Shown: piece after piece, positions 10,813 to 20,982 of the stretch
How positions within the stretch are numbered: position 1 is the stretch's first letter
How the letters are laid out: every line of letters begins with the position of its first letter
Source of the DNA: Pirellulales bacterium
GTDB taxonomy: Bacteria; Planctomycetota; Planctomycetia; Pirellulales; PALSA-1355
DNA: 64,000 nucleotides
Assembly (NCBI GenBank): GCA_963733035.1
Contig: CAVTBU010000005.1
Span: 2,560,001-2,624,000, forward strand
Direction of reading: 5' to 3'
Notes under the pieces: model-generated
Seen by the model: the letters and a program-made list of their open reading frames with translations, nothing else
Database searches by the model: none
Told to the model about the DNA's origin: nothing
Made by a program: the position numbers and the translations under genes

Positions 10813-11553
10813 CTAGGCCTTGTTGTCCAGCTCAACGCCCAGTCGCCGCATCAGTGTTTTCATGTCTTCCCAAACGTCTTTTTTTGCCGCGGGGTTGCGC
10901 AATAAATACGCCGGGTGATAGGTACACATCACCTGGATGCCGCGATAGTCAAAAAACTTGCCGCGCATTCGACCGATCGGGGTTTCCGTTTCCAGTAGCG
11001 TTTGCGCGGCGATCGTACCGAGGCAACAGATATACTCCGGCTGAATGATCGCCAGTTGCCGGTTCAAAAACTCGCGGCAGTTGGCCACTTCGTGGGGGAG
11101 TGGATTGCGATTGCCCGGCGGCCGGCACTTAAGCACGTTCAAAATGTAGACGTCCTCGCGCGAGAGCGTGCAGGCCTCGATGATCTTAGTCAATAGCTGC
11201 CCGGCCCGACCCACAAAAGGTTCGCCGCGGGCATCTTCATCGGCGCCTGGCGCTTCGCCCAGGAAACACAATCTTGCTTGTGGATTACCCACGCCGAATA
11301 CCGTTTGCGTGCGCGTGCAGGCCAACTCGTCGCAAGCGGTACAGGCGGCCACTTCCGCACGAACGGCCTCCAGTGAATCGCCGGCAACCGGCTCTTGCTG
11401 GGACATCTCGTCCGGCGATTGCGGGACGCGAACCGAGGGGCCGATTCGCTTGCCAGGCGTTCCCTTCGGCAGTTGCGCGACGCCGGCTCGGCGGAGGCTT
11501 TCAAGGGTTTGGACGGTCTGTCGAGTGGTTTTTGAGTTGCGTGCCGCGGCCAT
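10813..11553 (-). CDS. Uracil-DNA glycosylase, family 4 (Fe-S type)
   Basis: [53 protein letters not shown]. Confidence 0.92.
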   Translation of the reverse strand: MAAARNSKTTRQTVQTLESLRRAGVAQLPKGTPGKRIGPSVRVPQSPDEMSQQEPVAGDSLEAVRAEVAACTACDELACTRTQTVFGVGNPQARLCFLGEAPGADEDARGEPFVGRAGQLLTKIIEACTLSREDVYILNVLKCRPPGNRNPLPHEVANCREFLNRQLAIIQPEYICCLGTIAAQTLLETETPIGRMRGKFFDYRGIQVMCTYHPAYLLRNPAAKKDVWEDMKTLMRRLGVELDNKA

Positions 11554-11804
11554 GCTGCTTTGTGCCTCGCTTCCTGGCGGACTCAGTTTCTTAACGAAAG
11601 CGTCATTCTTGAGCTATCGCGTGGCATTCAGTATACGATTGCCCCCTGGTTCGGGAAGCAGCGACGCATCAACGCGGCGCGATTGACCATCGCTTGGGCA
11701 CTTCGATTGGCCCGCCCCGCCAAATTCAACTATGATGAGGCGAGTTCATTTTTGGTCCGCCGACCGCTGCTCCCTTTCCTTTGCTGTATTGTTCACCCTG
11801 CACC

Positions 11805-13241
11805 ATGGGGATTCCACAGGTTGTCATTGTCGGCCGACCCAACGTCGGCAAATCAAGCCTGCTCAATTGGCTGGCCCGCAAACGGCTCGCCATCGTCGAT
11901 GATACGGCCGGCGTGACTCGCGATCGAATGACGTACCTGATGTTCGAGCGCGAGCGCTATTTTGAATTGGTCGACACAGGCGGCATCGGATTCGACGATC
12001 CCGACAACCTCACCTCGAAGATCGAGCAGCAGATCGCGTCGGCCATTGAAGAGGCGGACGTTGTATTGTTCGTGGTCGATACCCGCGCAGGGCTGACGCC
12101 GCTTGACCAGGAGGTCGCGCGGCGACTGCGTTACGTCGATGCGCCGGTGATTTGCGTGGCCAACAAGGCCGACGATCACACGTTCGATACCCAGGCCGAC
12201 GAGTTCTACAAGCTTGGCCGCGGCAAGCTGATCTGCGTGAGCACCATGCAGAACCGCGGCCGCCAGCAATTGCTCGACATGATCGCCGAGCGGCTTCCGA
12301 AGCAGATAGTGGGAGAAGTTCAGCCGCCGAGTATCGATTCGGTGATGAAAGTAGCCATCGTCGGCCGTCGCAACGTGGGCAAGAGCACATTTGTCAACAC
12401 GCTGGCCCAGGCCGAGCGGATGATCGTCAGCGAGGTGGCCGGCACCACGCGCGATTCGGTGGACGTGCGATTCGAACTCGATGGAAAGCCATTCGTAGCC
12501 ATCGACACGCCGGGGCTAAAACGGAACAAAAGCATCGCCTCGGACGTGGAATTCTACAGCACGCATCGCGCTCAGCGCAGCATTCGCCGGGCCGACGTCG
12601 TGCTGATGTTTTTCGATCCAACGCAGCGGATCGGCAAGGTCGACAAGCAGCTCTGCGAATACATCGCCGAGAACTACAAGCCTTGCGTATTCGTGGTCAA
12701 CAAGTGGGATCTGGTCGCCGGCAGCATGCCCACCGAAAAGTGGGTTACCTATTTGCACGACACCTTCCGAACGATGTGGTACGTGCCGATGGCCTTCGTC
12801 ACCGGCCTGACCGGCAAAAACGTCAAGGCGCTGCTGAATCACGCCCAGATGCTCTTCAAGCAGGCCGGCCAGCGCGTGACCACGGGCCAATTGAACAAGG
12901 TGCTGCGCGAGGCCATCGATGCCAATCCGGCGCCGCTTTATCAGAACCGGCGTCCCAAGATCTATTACGCCACGCAAGTCGGCACCGAACCGCCGACGAT
13001 CGTGCTTTTTTGCAACGAACCGAAGGCCTTTAGCGAACCTTATCGCCGTTATCTGCTGGGTGCGCTCCGCGAACACATGCCGTTCGCCGAAGTGCCCATC
13101 AAGCTCTACCTTCGCAAGCGACAGTCGGGTGACGGCCGAGCCGAGATCGAAGTCGATGACTCCGAACCGGAAGTTGCAGAGGCCCCCGAATCGCTGCCCA
13201 CGGATCCCGCCGATTCAGCGATTGGCGAGACTACCGAGTAA
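11805..13241 (+). CDS. der: Ribosome biogenesis GTPase Der (EngA)
   Basis: Two G domains (GRPNVGKS/GVTRD/DTGG/NKAD and GRRNVGKS/GTTRD/DTPG/NKWD) plus KH-like C-terminus (KIYYATQV..PPT). Confidence 0.95.
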   Translation: MGIPQVVIVGRPNVGKSSLLNWLARKRLAIVDDTAGVTRDRMTYLMFERERYFELVDTGGIGFDDPDNLTSKIEQQIASAIEEADVVLFVVDTRAGLTPLDQEVARRLRYVDAPVICVANKADDHTFDTQADEFYKLGRGKLICVSTMQNRGRQQLLDMIAERLPKQIVGEVQPPSIDSVMKVAIVGRRNVGKSTFVNTLAQAERMIVSEVAGTTRDSVDVRFELDGKPFVAIDTPGLKRNKSIASDVEFYSTHRAQRSIRRADVVLMFFDPTQRIGKVDKQLCEYIAENYKPCVFVVNKWDLVAGSMPTEKWVTYLHDTFRTMWYVPMAFVTGLTGKNVKALLNHAQMLFKQAGQRVTTGQLNKVLREAIDANPAPLYQNRRPKIYYATQVGTEPPTIVLFCNEPKAFSEPYRRYLLGALREHMPFAEVPIKLYLRKRQSGDGRAEIEVDDSEPEVAEAPESLPTDPADSAIGETTE

Positions 13242-13484
13242 CGCTGGCGCGAACCCGCAAGACGTTTTTGCCCTCCGTTTCAGAGCCCCCAACGTCGTCC
13301 TAGGCGGCATCGCAGCCGTGGGCCGGTTTTCGGCAGGAAACCACGGCAGCGCGGTCCCTTGTGGGGCGTGTGGCAGGGGACTATCATCATTGGTTTAACT
13401 TGTTGGGACGCCGTCGGTTTCCGCGTGAAATCGTCCGTCTGCCCTCCAAACCGGCCGACCAAAATACGGCCAGAATTCTCGACT

Positions 13485-13994
13485 ATGCGTCATGTCCTTT
13501 CGGCGGTGGTTCAAAACGTCCCGGGTGTGCTGGCCCATATTTCCGGCATGCTCGCCTCGCGCGGCTACAACATCGACAGCCTGGCGGTCGGCGAAACCGA
13601 AAACGCCGACCTTTCACGGATGACCTTCGTTGTCGTGGGCGACGACACGGTGCTCGAGCAAGTGCGCAAGCAGCTCGAAAAGGTCGTTACCGTGGTCCGC
13701 GTGGTCGACGTCAGCTCGCAGGACTTTGTCGAACGCGACCTGATGTTGATCAAGGTCCGCGCGCCGCTCGGTCGACGGAGCGAGATTCGCGAGTTGGCCG
13801 ACATCTTTCGCGGTCGCATCGTCGACGTGGCCGACGAGGAAGTGATCGTCGAAATCTCCGGCCAGGAACGGAAAGTCGAATCGTTCATCGACCTGATGCG
13901 CCGATTTGGCATCGTCGAACTGGTGCGTACCGGGCGGATCGCGATGGTCCGCGGCAAACGAGCCGGTCAAGAGCCCGAGGCCAAAGCCAAATAA
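13485..13994 (+). CDS. ilvN: Acetolactate synthase small (regulatory) subunit
   Basis: MRHVLSAVVQNVPGVLAHISGMLASRGYNIDSLAVGETE ACT domain; ERDLMLIKV; ELVRTG. Confidence 0.93.
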   Translation: MRHVLSAVVQNVPGVLAHISGMLASRGYNIDSLAVGETENADLSRMTFVVVGDDTVLEQVRKQLEKVVTVVRVVDVSSQDFVERDLMLIKVRAPLGRRSEIRELADIFRGRIVDVADEEVIVEISGQERKVESFIDLMRRFGIVELVRTGRIAMVRGKRAGQEPEAKAK

Positions 13995-14067
13995 CATCCG
14001 CTAATCATTCGCGCCGGCCGGCATTTCATGGCGGCAACGAGCGCCTTGCAAATCCGGAGAAACAAAC

Positions 14068-15069
14068 ATGACCAAAATGTACTATGAAAAAGACGCCGAC
14101 CTGTCGCTGCTCAAGGGCAAGACAATCTCAATCATCGGTTATGGTTCGCAGGGCCATGCCCATGCCCAAAACCTCCGCGATAGCGGTTGCAACGTCGTCG
14201 TCGGGCAGCGCCCCGGCAGCGCCAATTACGACCTGGCCAAGAGCCACGGCTTTGAGCCCGTCTCGGCCGAGGAAGCGGCCAAGCAGGGAGATCTGGTTAA
14301 CATCCTGTTGCCGGACGAAGTGCAAGGCGACATCTATCGCCAGTTCATCCGGCCGCAGCTCAAGCCGGGCAATATCCTGATGTGCTCGCACGGTTTCAAC
14401 GTGCACTTCGGACAAGTTGAAGCCCCTGAGGGCGTCGACACCGTGCTGGTGGCTCCCAAAGGTCCAGGCCACCTGGTGCGCAGCGAATTTGAGAAGGGGG
14501 GCGGCGTGCCCTGCTTGATCGCTTTGAACCCCGGCGCCAGCGAAACCTCGCGTGCCCTGGGTCTGGCCTATGCCAAGGGAATCGGTGGCGCCCGAGCGGG
14601 TATCATCGAAACCACCTTTGCCGAAGAGACCGAGACCGATCTGTTCGGCGAACAAGCCGTGCTTTGCGGCGGCGTCAGCGCGCTGGTCAAGGCCGGTTTT
14701 GATACGCTCGTCGAAGCCGGCTATCAGCCCGAAATGGCCTATTTCGAATGCATGCACGAGCTGAAGTTGATCGTCGACTTGTTCTATCAGGGCGGTTTGA
14801 ATTACATGCGTTACAGCGTGTCGAACACGGCCGAGTACGGCGACTACACGCGTGGCCCGCGAATCGTGAACGAGGAAACTCGCAAGGAGATGAAGCGGAT
14901 TCTCGAGGAGATTCAGTCGGGCCAGTTTGCCCGGGACTGGATGCTGGAGAACAAGGCCAACGCGCCGTCGTTCAAGGCCACGCGCCGTCGCGAGCGATTG
15001 CATCCGATCGAGGAAGTCGGTCGCAAACTCCGCCGGTTGATGCCCTGGATCAACTCCAAGGAAGTTTAG
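14068..15069 (+). CDS. ilvC: Ketol-acid reductoisomerase
   Basis: [50 protein letters not shown]. Confidence 0.97.
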   Translation: MTKMYYEKDADLSLLKGKTISIIGYGSQGHAHAQNLRDSGCNVVVGQRPGSANYDLAKSHGFEPVSAEEAAKQGDLVNILLPDEVQGDIYRQFIRPQLKPGNILMCSHGFNVHFGQVEAPEGVDTVLVAPKGPGHLVRSEFEKGGGVPCLIALNPGASETSRALGLAYAKGIGGARAGIIETTFAEETETDLFGEQAVLCGGVSALVKAGFDTLVEAGYQPEMAYFECMHELKLIVDLFYQGGLNYMRYSVSNTAEYGDYTRGPRIVNEETRKEMKRILEEIQSGQFARDWMLENKANAPSFKATRRRERLHPIEEVGRKLRRLMPWINSKEV

Positions 15070-15096
15070 CCTCGCGCTTTTTATAGGAAGCCCACG

Positions 15097-15372
15097 ATGA
15101 GCACCAACGCCGCATCGCGCCAATTGTTCACCGAGCTCAAGCCGGGAGATCGCATCGAAGTCGAGCATCAGGTGAAGGTGGGCTCGTCGAAAACCTGGAC
15201 CACGCTCACGGTCGGCACGGTTGAACATACGGAGCGTCGCCGCCAGGGGCTGCATTTCCGCCGCAATCGCGACGATAAGGTATTTGCCGACATGATCGTG
15301 CTCCGCCGCGACGACGGCGAGTTGACGACGATCACCATGGACGAATTCACCGAGCTCCGAAAGCTCCGCTAA
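15097..15372 (+). CDS. Small hypothetical protein (beta-rich)
   Basis: 91-aa ORF with AGGA upstream, directly after ilvC. Confidence 0.65.
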   Translation: MSTNAASRQLFTELKPGDRIEVEHQVKVGSSKTWTTLTVGTVEHTERRRQGLHFRRNRDDKVFADMIVLRRDDGELTTITMDEFTELRKLR

Positions 15373-15522
15373 CACCTCACGTGTGCGATCGAGTGCCGCC
15401 TCGCGGAGAGGCCCGAGGAGTGACTGCCTTGGGTATTTCCCTGCGCCCGGAGAGCGACGAAGGGCGTATAATGATTACATGCCCAATACGATTGCTATTT
15501 CTTCGCCGCCGCTGCTCTGTCG

Positions 15523-16419
15523 ATGAATTCTTCTTCCCGCGACGGACACCCCCTGCACACGCACCACGAACGTTCGTTTCATACGAACCGTTTCGTATAT
15601 CCGGTGCTCAGCCGGCGGTCGGGCGGAATCTCGGTCGGCGTGAATCTGAACCCCGACAAAGTGTGCAATTTCGATTGCATCTATTGCCAGGTCGATCGCA
15701 CTCGGCAAAGCGAAACGCGGTTCGTGGCCATGAACGAACTATTGGCCGAGCTCGAACAAATGCTTCGCCTCGTTCATTCCGGCGAACTGTTCGAAACGCC
15801 GCAGTTCGCCTCCACGCCGCAAGAACTACGCCACCTGAACGACATGGCCTTTAGCGGCGACGGCGAGCCCACGACCTACCGCAACTTCGATGAAATCCTC
15901 TCGGCTTGCGCTCAGATCAAGGGCCGACTGGGCCTCGACGACGTGAAAATGGTGCTAATCACCAACGCCAGCATGTTTCATCGTGCGCATGTGAAGCGAG
16001 GGTTGGCGATTCTTGATGACCACAACGGCGAAATCTGGGCCAAGCTCGAAGCCGGCACCGAGGCATACTTTCAACTCGTCGATCGCACGCCGATTCCGTT
16101 TCGACAAATCCTCGACAATATCGCTAGTGCTGCGCAGATGCGCCCGCTTGTCATTCAATCGTTGTTCATGCGGGTCAACGGAGAAGCACCCCCGGCAGAT
16201 GAGTTGGCCGCGTTTTGCGAACGACTCCGGGAAATCACGGCCAAAAACGGACAGATCAAGCTGGTTCAGGTTTACACCGTTGCACGACGTCCGGCCGAGT
16301 CGTACGTCGCGCCGCTATCGAATGAGGAAGTCGATGCGATCGTCAACCTCGTCGCGACGCGCACGGGACTGCCTGCGACCGCCTTCTACGGCATTGGCTC
16401 GGCGGCGGATCACGAATAG
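15523..16419 (+). CDS. Radical SAM protein of unknown function
   Basis: CNFDCIYC (CxxxCxxC), YPVLSRRSGGISVGVNL, FSGDGEPT, LITNAS. Confidence 0.88.
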   Translation: MNSSSRDGHPLHTHHERSFHTNRFVYPVLSRRSGGISVGVNLNPDKVCNFDCIYCQVDRTRQSETRFVAMNELLAELEQMLRLVHSGELFETPQFASTPQELRHLNDMAFSGDGEPTTYRNFDEILSACAQIKGRLGLDDVKMVLITNASMFHRAHVKRGLAILDDHNGEIWAKLEAGTEAYFQLVDRTPIPFRQILDNIASAAQMRPLVIQSLFMRVNGEAPPADELAAFCERLREITAKNGQIKLVQVYTVARRPAESYVAPLSNEEVDAIVNLVATRTGLPATAFYGIGSAADHE

Positions 16420-16476
16420 GTCCGATTCAGGTGGCCCTGTTCTAGCCAAGGCCTGACCGATCTCTCGTGGTCGTGT

Positions 16477-17514
16477 TTATGGCATCACTTGCGGATAGAC
16501 ATGGTACCCGGGAATCGCAAGGTCGCAGCAATACAGGCCGTACTTTTTCGCATCACCGCCGGACGACGATGGTGACGCGGCCGTCACGTAGAGCCGTTTC
16601 GCCTCCGTGCCGACACCAAAGACACAGTTGGTTGGATCACCGGGCGTGGAGATGAATGCCAGCGGAATTCCGGTCGAACTGAACACATAAATCCCGGCTT
16701 CGTCACCGGCGCCGGCGGCCGAGTAGATATTGCCGCGCTGGTCAAGGGTCATGCCGTCGATGCCCCGCTTATGGGCGCCAAAATCGAACAGCACGCGTTT
16801 GTTGCCCAACGCGCCGTTGGGCCCAATGTCGAACGCCAACAACGTATGGGCACCGGTCGGGTCGCTATTGTGATCGGCCACGTACACCGTCCGTTGGTTC
16901 GGCGCCACAAGGATGCCGTTGGGCTTCTCGACGTCGCGCGTGGCGACCTTCACCTTGCCGCTGGGTTCCACCAGAAACACCGCCTCGAACGCCAATTCTC
17001 GTGGTTCGCTGCCGACGTAGCGGGGATCCGTGAAATAGACATTGCCGGTTTTGGTGATCGCCAAATCATTGGGGCTATTGAAGCGTTTACCTTCGTAGGA
17101 GTCGGCCAGCGTGCGCACCTTCCTGTCGATTCCGGTGATCGAGATGCGCCGCTCTCCGCCAGGGCCGGCTCCTTCGCAGGCGATGAGCTGACCTTTGGAG
17201 TCGTACATCAAACCGTTTGCTTTTCCGCTCGGTTCGCGAAAGACGCCGGCCTCCTGTGTTTTCGGGTCGAACCGCATGATGCGATTGCCAATGTCGGAAA
17301 ACAGAATATCGCCGCCGGCCATCGGCGCGGGACCTTCGGTGAACTCGCCCTCGTCCCAAAGCAATTGCATTTTGGCGCCCGGCGGAATGACCTGTTCCTG
17401 GAACTTCGGAACGAAGTTCGGCACTGGGTGCCCGGCGCGGGAAAGGTCACCGAAGCACGTGATTGCTAGCAGGCAGAGCGGCAGCGAAATTGTCCGACAG
17501 ACGTTGCAATGCAT
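16477..17514 (-). CDS. SMP-30/gluconolactonase/LRE family secreted protein
   Basis: FTEGP, FSDI, ANGL, RFNSPNDL, YFTDPRY, PNGI, DGMTLD, PTNCVFG; signal peptide. Confidence 0.9.
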   Translation of the reverse strand: MHCNVCRTISLPLCLLAITCFGDLSRAGHPVPNFVPKFQEQVIPPGAKMQLLWDEGEFTEGPAPMAGGDILFSDIGNRIMRFDPKTQEAGVFREPSGKANGLMYDSKGQLIACEGAGPGGERRISITGIDRKVRTLADSYEGKRFNSPNDLAITKTGNVYFTDPRYVGSEPRELAFEAVFLVEPSGKVKVATRDVEKPNGILVAPNQRTVYVADHNSDPTGAHTLLAFDIGPNGALGNKRVLFDFGAHKRGIDGMTLDQRGNIYSAAGAGDEAGIYVFSSTGIPLAFISTPGDPTNCVFGVGTEAKRLYVTAASPSSSGGDAKKYGLYCCDLAIPGYHVYPQVMP

Positions 17515-17696
17515 GATGTTTACCCCGGCAAGTTTTCGACCCAACCTGAACAAGCGTCCCTATTGTGTGCTGGCCGCGCCGCGGGCCGCAAGTTCCACGG
17601 CAAGTTTCCGACACAGCCGGCACGACCCGCACGACGAGCCCGACCGCTGCCAGCCGCCAACCCGCGCGACGGCCCGGACGTTGCTAGCCGTGGCGT

Positions 17697-19181
17697 ATGG
17701 TTGAATCGAGACCGGTCGGTTTCCCGGTTTGCGTTCTTGCACGTCGCCCCCGCGCGCCAGGATTTCGTCTCGTGGATTTGATGCTTTTGGCCGTTGGAGC
17801 GCTGGTGGCCGTGGTCTGGTCGGCCGTCTTGATGGCTCGAGGCGGCCTGGTCGGCACGGCCCTGTTGGTGCTGCTGGCGGGATGCTGTTTTGGGCATCCG
17901 TTCTTTCACGTGGCGACTGGCGCCGTACCGCTAACGTCCGACCGCTTGCTGTTGGTTGTCCTCGTGGCGCAATACGCCGTTTATCGCCATTGGGGTTGGA
18001 CCGATTCCAAGCCGTTGGCAAAAGTGGACTTTTTGTTGGCCGCGTTGCTGTCGGTGTTGGTCATCAGCACGCTGACGCACAATTTTCGCATCGAAGGCTC
18101 CCGTCCATTGGCCTTCCTGGTGATCTTCTATTTGATGCCGACGACCTTGTACTGGGTCGCGCGTGAGACACGCTGGACCGCCGACGCCGCCTGGTGGGTG
18201 CTCGGTTCGCTCGCCGTTTTCGGCCTGTACTTGTGTTTGACGGCTGTGGCCGAGACACACGGTTGGTGGTCGTTGGTCTTTCCGCGCTACATCACTTCGG
18301 TCCAATACGAGGAGTTTTTGGGGCGCGGACGCGGACCATTCCTCAATCCGGTGTCCAACGGCATTTTTCAGGGCGTCGGGCTGTGCGCCGCGTTGCTGTG
18401 GTGGCCCCGATTGCATCGACCGGGTCAACTCCTATTGTTGGCGGCCATCCCAATTTACGCGTGGGGCGTTTACAGCACGCTGACGCGCAGCGTGTGGATG
18501 GGCGCCGGCTGTGGATTGTTGATCGTGGTGGGGATGGCGACGCCGCGCACCTGGAGAGGTGTTGTCGTGGGAAGCGCGATCATGTCGTCGCTAGTGGCCG
18601 CCGCGGTCGGTTGGGAAAGTCTGATGACGTTCAAACGCGACAAGGATCTCGACGCGGAACTGACGGCCGAGTCGGCCAAGCTCCGCCCGGTCCTGGCCAC
18701 CGTCGCCTGGCACATGTTCCTCGATCGCCCACTGTTGGGATTTGGTTTTGGGCAATACCGCGAGGAAATGCCCGACTACCTGGCCGATCGTTCGACCGAC
18801 CTGCCCTTGGAGAAGGCCAGGCCGTTCGTGCAGCACAACGTCTTTTTGGCAATCCTGACTGAAACCGGGCTCGTTGGCCTGGGCCTTTTCGTCGCCGTGC
18901 TCGGCTGTTGGACTTGGGGAGCCTGGCAACTGTGGCGCAGCAACTCGTTGCCGATCTGGGAGAACCAGCTGGGGCTTCTGTTTCTGGCCACGATCGGCGT
19001 CTACTTGCCCAACGGCATGTTTCACGACGTCTCGATCGTGGCCATGGTCAACATGCTGTTGTTTTTTCTGGGTGGCACGATCGCGGGGCTGTCCTTGACG
19101 AGCCGGGCCGTGGAGCGAGCCCAGGAGAGCAGCCAACCGGCGGGGAACACGAACTTCGAAAAATCGCTGGTGTTGCACTAG
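17697..19181 (+). CDS. O-antigen ligase (WaaL/Wzy_C)-like membrane protein
   Basis: Multiple TM helices; GRGRGPFLNP, STLTRSVW, MFLDRPLLGFGFGQY, HNVFLAILTETGLVG. The real start may be about 17772-17781. Confidence 0.82.
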   Translation: MVESRPVGFPVCVLARRPRAPGFRLVDLMLLAVGALVAVVWSAVLMARGGLVGTALLVLLAGCCFGHPFFHVATGAVPLTSDRLLLVVLVAQYAVYRHWGWTDSKPLAKVDFLLAALLSVLVISTLTHNFRIEGSRPLAFLVIFYLMPTTLYWVARETRWTADAAWWVLGSLAVFGLYLCLTAVAETHGWWSLVFPRYITSVQYEEFLGRGRGPFLNPVSNGIFQGVGLCAALLWWPRLHRPGQLLLLAAIPIYAWGVYSTLTRSVWMGAGCGLLIVVGMATPRTWRGVVVGSAIMSSLVAAAVGWESLMTFKRDKDLDAELTAESAKLRPVLATVAWHMFLDRPLLGFGFGQYREEMPDYLADRSTDLPLEKARPFVQHNVFLAILTETGLVGLGLFVAVLGCWTWGAWQLWRSNSLPIWENQLGLLFLATIGVYLPNGMFHDVSIVAMVNMLLFFLGGTIAGLSLTSRAVERAQESSQPAGNTNFEKSLVLH

Positions 19182-19203
19182 GGTCCGCGATGGTGGACAA
19201 GGA

Positions 19204-20070
19204 GTGAGAACGATGTTGCATTGCATTCGACGGTGGGGCAAATCGACGCTACGTCGGTGGCCACGTCTGTATCGCACCTTCAAACGCTGGTACGGCAACC
19301 TCACCTACCGGTTGCGGATTCCGCACGATGAGGACTTTGCGTTCTTCCGTAACTTTGGAGGTCGCGAAGGACTGCTAGTTGACGTCGGAGCCAACACGGG
19401 GCAATCGGCGCGCTCCGTGCGGATCTTCAACCGCGCGTTGAATATCCTGTCGTTCGAGCCAAACCGACTGCTCGCGTCCGAACTGGCCGCCACGCGTCGA
19501 TTGCTCGGCCCCGGCTTCGACTATCGTATGGTAGGGCTCGGTCGCCGGGAACAGACGCTGACGCTCTTTTGCCCCGTCGCCGGCAACACGCCGCTGACGC
19601 CGTGGGCAACCGCTGACCGGTCCTCACTCGAACGCAACCGCGCCTTGATCGAGCGCGAGGCCGGCACCACGATCCACGTCACCTCCGTGCCGATTGAGAT
19701 TTGTCGATTCGACGATCTGCACCTGCACCCCGTGGCCGTCAAGATCGACGTCGAAGGCTTGGAACTCGAAGTGTTGCAAGGGATGCGCGAAACGCTCGAA
19801 CACGACGAACCGATCCTGATGATCGAGTGCAGTGATCACACGCCGCAGGTGGCCGAGTTCCTGGCCGCGTTCGGCTATCACACGTATGCCTACGATCCGC
19901 GCGCCAACGCACTCCGCGAAACCGACGATCCGGCCGCCACGACCAACTATTTTGCCTGCACGCCGGGAGTACTCGAGCGGCTCGTTGATACCTCATCGCT
20001 AAGGGTCATCGTCGCGCCGGCAAGCCGCGCCGACCAGCCCCTCGCCATGTCGCCAATCAGAACCGAGTAA
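19204..20070 (+). CDS. FkbM-family methyltransferase
   Basis: VDVGANTGQS, SFEPN, KIDVEGLELEVLQGM, PILMIE. Confidence 0.88.
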   Translation: MRTMLHCIRRWGKSTLRRWPRLYRTFKRWYGNLTYRLRIPHDEDFAFFRNFGGREGLLVDVGANTGQSARSVRIFNRALNILSFEPNRLLASELAATRRLLGPGFDYRMVGLGRREQTLTLFCPVAGNTPLTPWATADRSSLERNRALIEREAGTTIHVTSVPIEICRFDDLHLHPVAVKIDVEGLELEVLQGMRETLEHDEPILMIECSDHTPQVAEFLAAFGYHTYAYDPRANALRETDDPAATTNYFACTPGVLERLVDTSSLRVIVAPASRADQPLAMSPIRTE

Positions 20071-20128
20071 CTCAGACCAGGCACGGCACACGCGCCAACG
20101 TTCTATCGGTTGCGGCACTGGCAATCGA

Positions 20129-20851
20129 TCAGGCTTGTCGGGCTCCCAGCTGCGGAAGTCGTCCGCGCTGGGGAGCCTCCCGCGGATCGCGAAGCATGCC
20201 AAAGCGGCTCGCCTGCCATAGGGCGCGGGTGCGTGTTTCAATGGCCGTCAGCCAACCGTGACGCCAGCAACCTGTGTCGATGCAAACCAGAAACCCCAGG
20301 TCTAGTATTTCGCTATTGTGCTGTTCGGTGTGTCCGACGAACACGGTTTTGCCGGAGCCGTGCGGCCGTGCCTCGTCGGCTTCCAACAACGCCCAACGCA
20401 ACTGATGGTCGGGCTGATCGCTCATCGGCACGTCGGGCAAGTAGCCAGCGTGCGTGAAAATGAAATCGTCGGTCTCGTAATAGGACCGGCAGCTTTGCAC
20501 CAACGCCCAATGAGCTGGCGGGATGCTGGCCAGCGTGGCGCCATAGCGATAGGAATTCAACGTGGCGAGTCCACCGCAGACTTCCCAGTAGCGGAGGGCC
20601 GTCTCGCTCTGGCGAGCCGCTAACATCATTTCCTCGTGATTTCCCTGGATCAGAACCACCTGACATTGGTCGTTCAGCGCGATCACTCGATCGAGGACTT
20701 CGCGGCTGTCGTGTCCTTGATCGATCAGATCGCCGAGGAAGACCAGACAGTCGTCTCGAGATGGTGAGATCGCCTCAACCAGCGCGTCGAGCGCATGCAC
20801 ACAACCGTGCACGTCGCCAATGGCAATCAGTCGGGCAGGCTGCGTGGACAT
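20129..20851 (-). CDS. Metallophosphoesterase (PrpA-like Ser/Thr protein phosphatase)
   Basis: IGDVHG, LGDLIDQG, GNHE, FTHAG, VGHT, IDTG. Confidence 0.88.
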   Translation of the reverse strand: MSTQPARLIAIGDVHGCVHALDALVEAISPSRDDCLVFLGDLIDQGHDSREVLDRVIALNDQCQVVLIQGNHEEMMLAARQSETALRYWEVCGGLATLNSYRYGATLASIPPAHWALVQSCRSYYETDDFIFTHAGYLPDVPMSDQPDHQLRWALLEADEARPHGSGKTVFVGHTEQHNSEILDLGFLVCIDTGCWRHGWLTAIETRTRALWQASRFGMLRDPREAPQRGRLPQLGARQA

Positions 20852-20982
20852 GATCGGCTCCGCCTCGGGCCAAGCTGTTCGACAATCAAACGGTAAGCAG
20901 CCGTTCCACATGCTGCAAGTGCAGGATTTCGTCCAACCGCATCAGGCCTGGCCCACGGTGCCTCACCGAAAAGACTTTCGAC

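Noticed and set aside
13242..13484. Hairpins upstream of ilvN as a possible attenuator or T-box
   Set aside because: No Ile/Leu/Val-rich leader peptide, T-box motif or U-tailed terminator could be identified.
14128..15375. Long antisense ORFs (also 9557..10753, 41302..42465, 49247..50320, 60309..61685, 29057..30007)
   Set aside because: Shadow frames opposite well-supported genes, expected in high-GC DNA, with no recognisable motifs.
20920..20935. Minus-strand TGGACGAAATCCTGCA upstream of the phosphatase as a sigma-54 promoter
   Set aside because: GG-N10-GC spacing fits, but the match to TGGCAC is poor; too weak to call.
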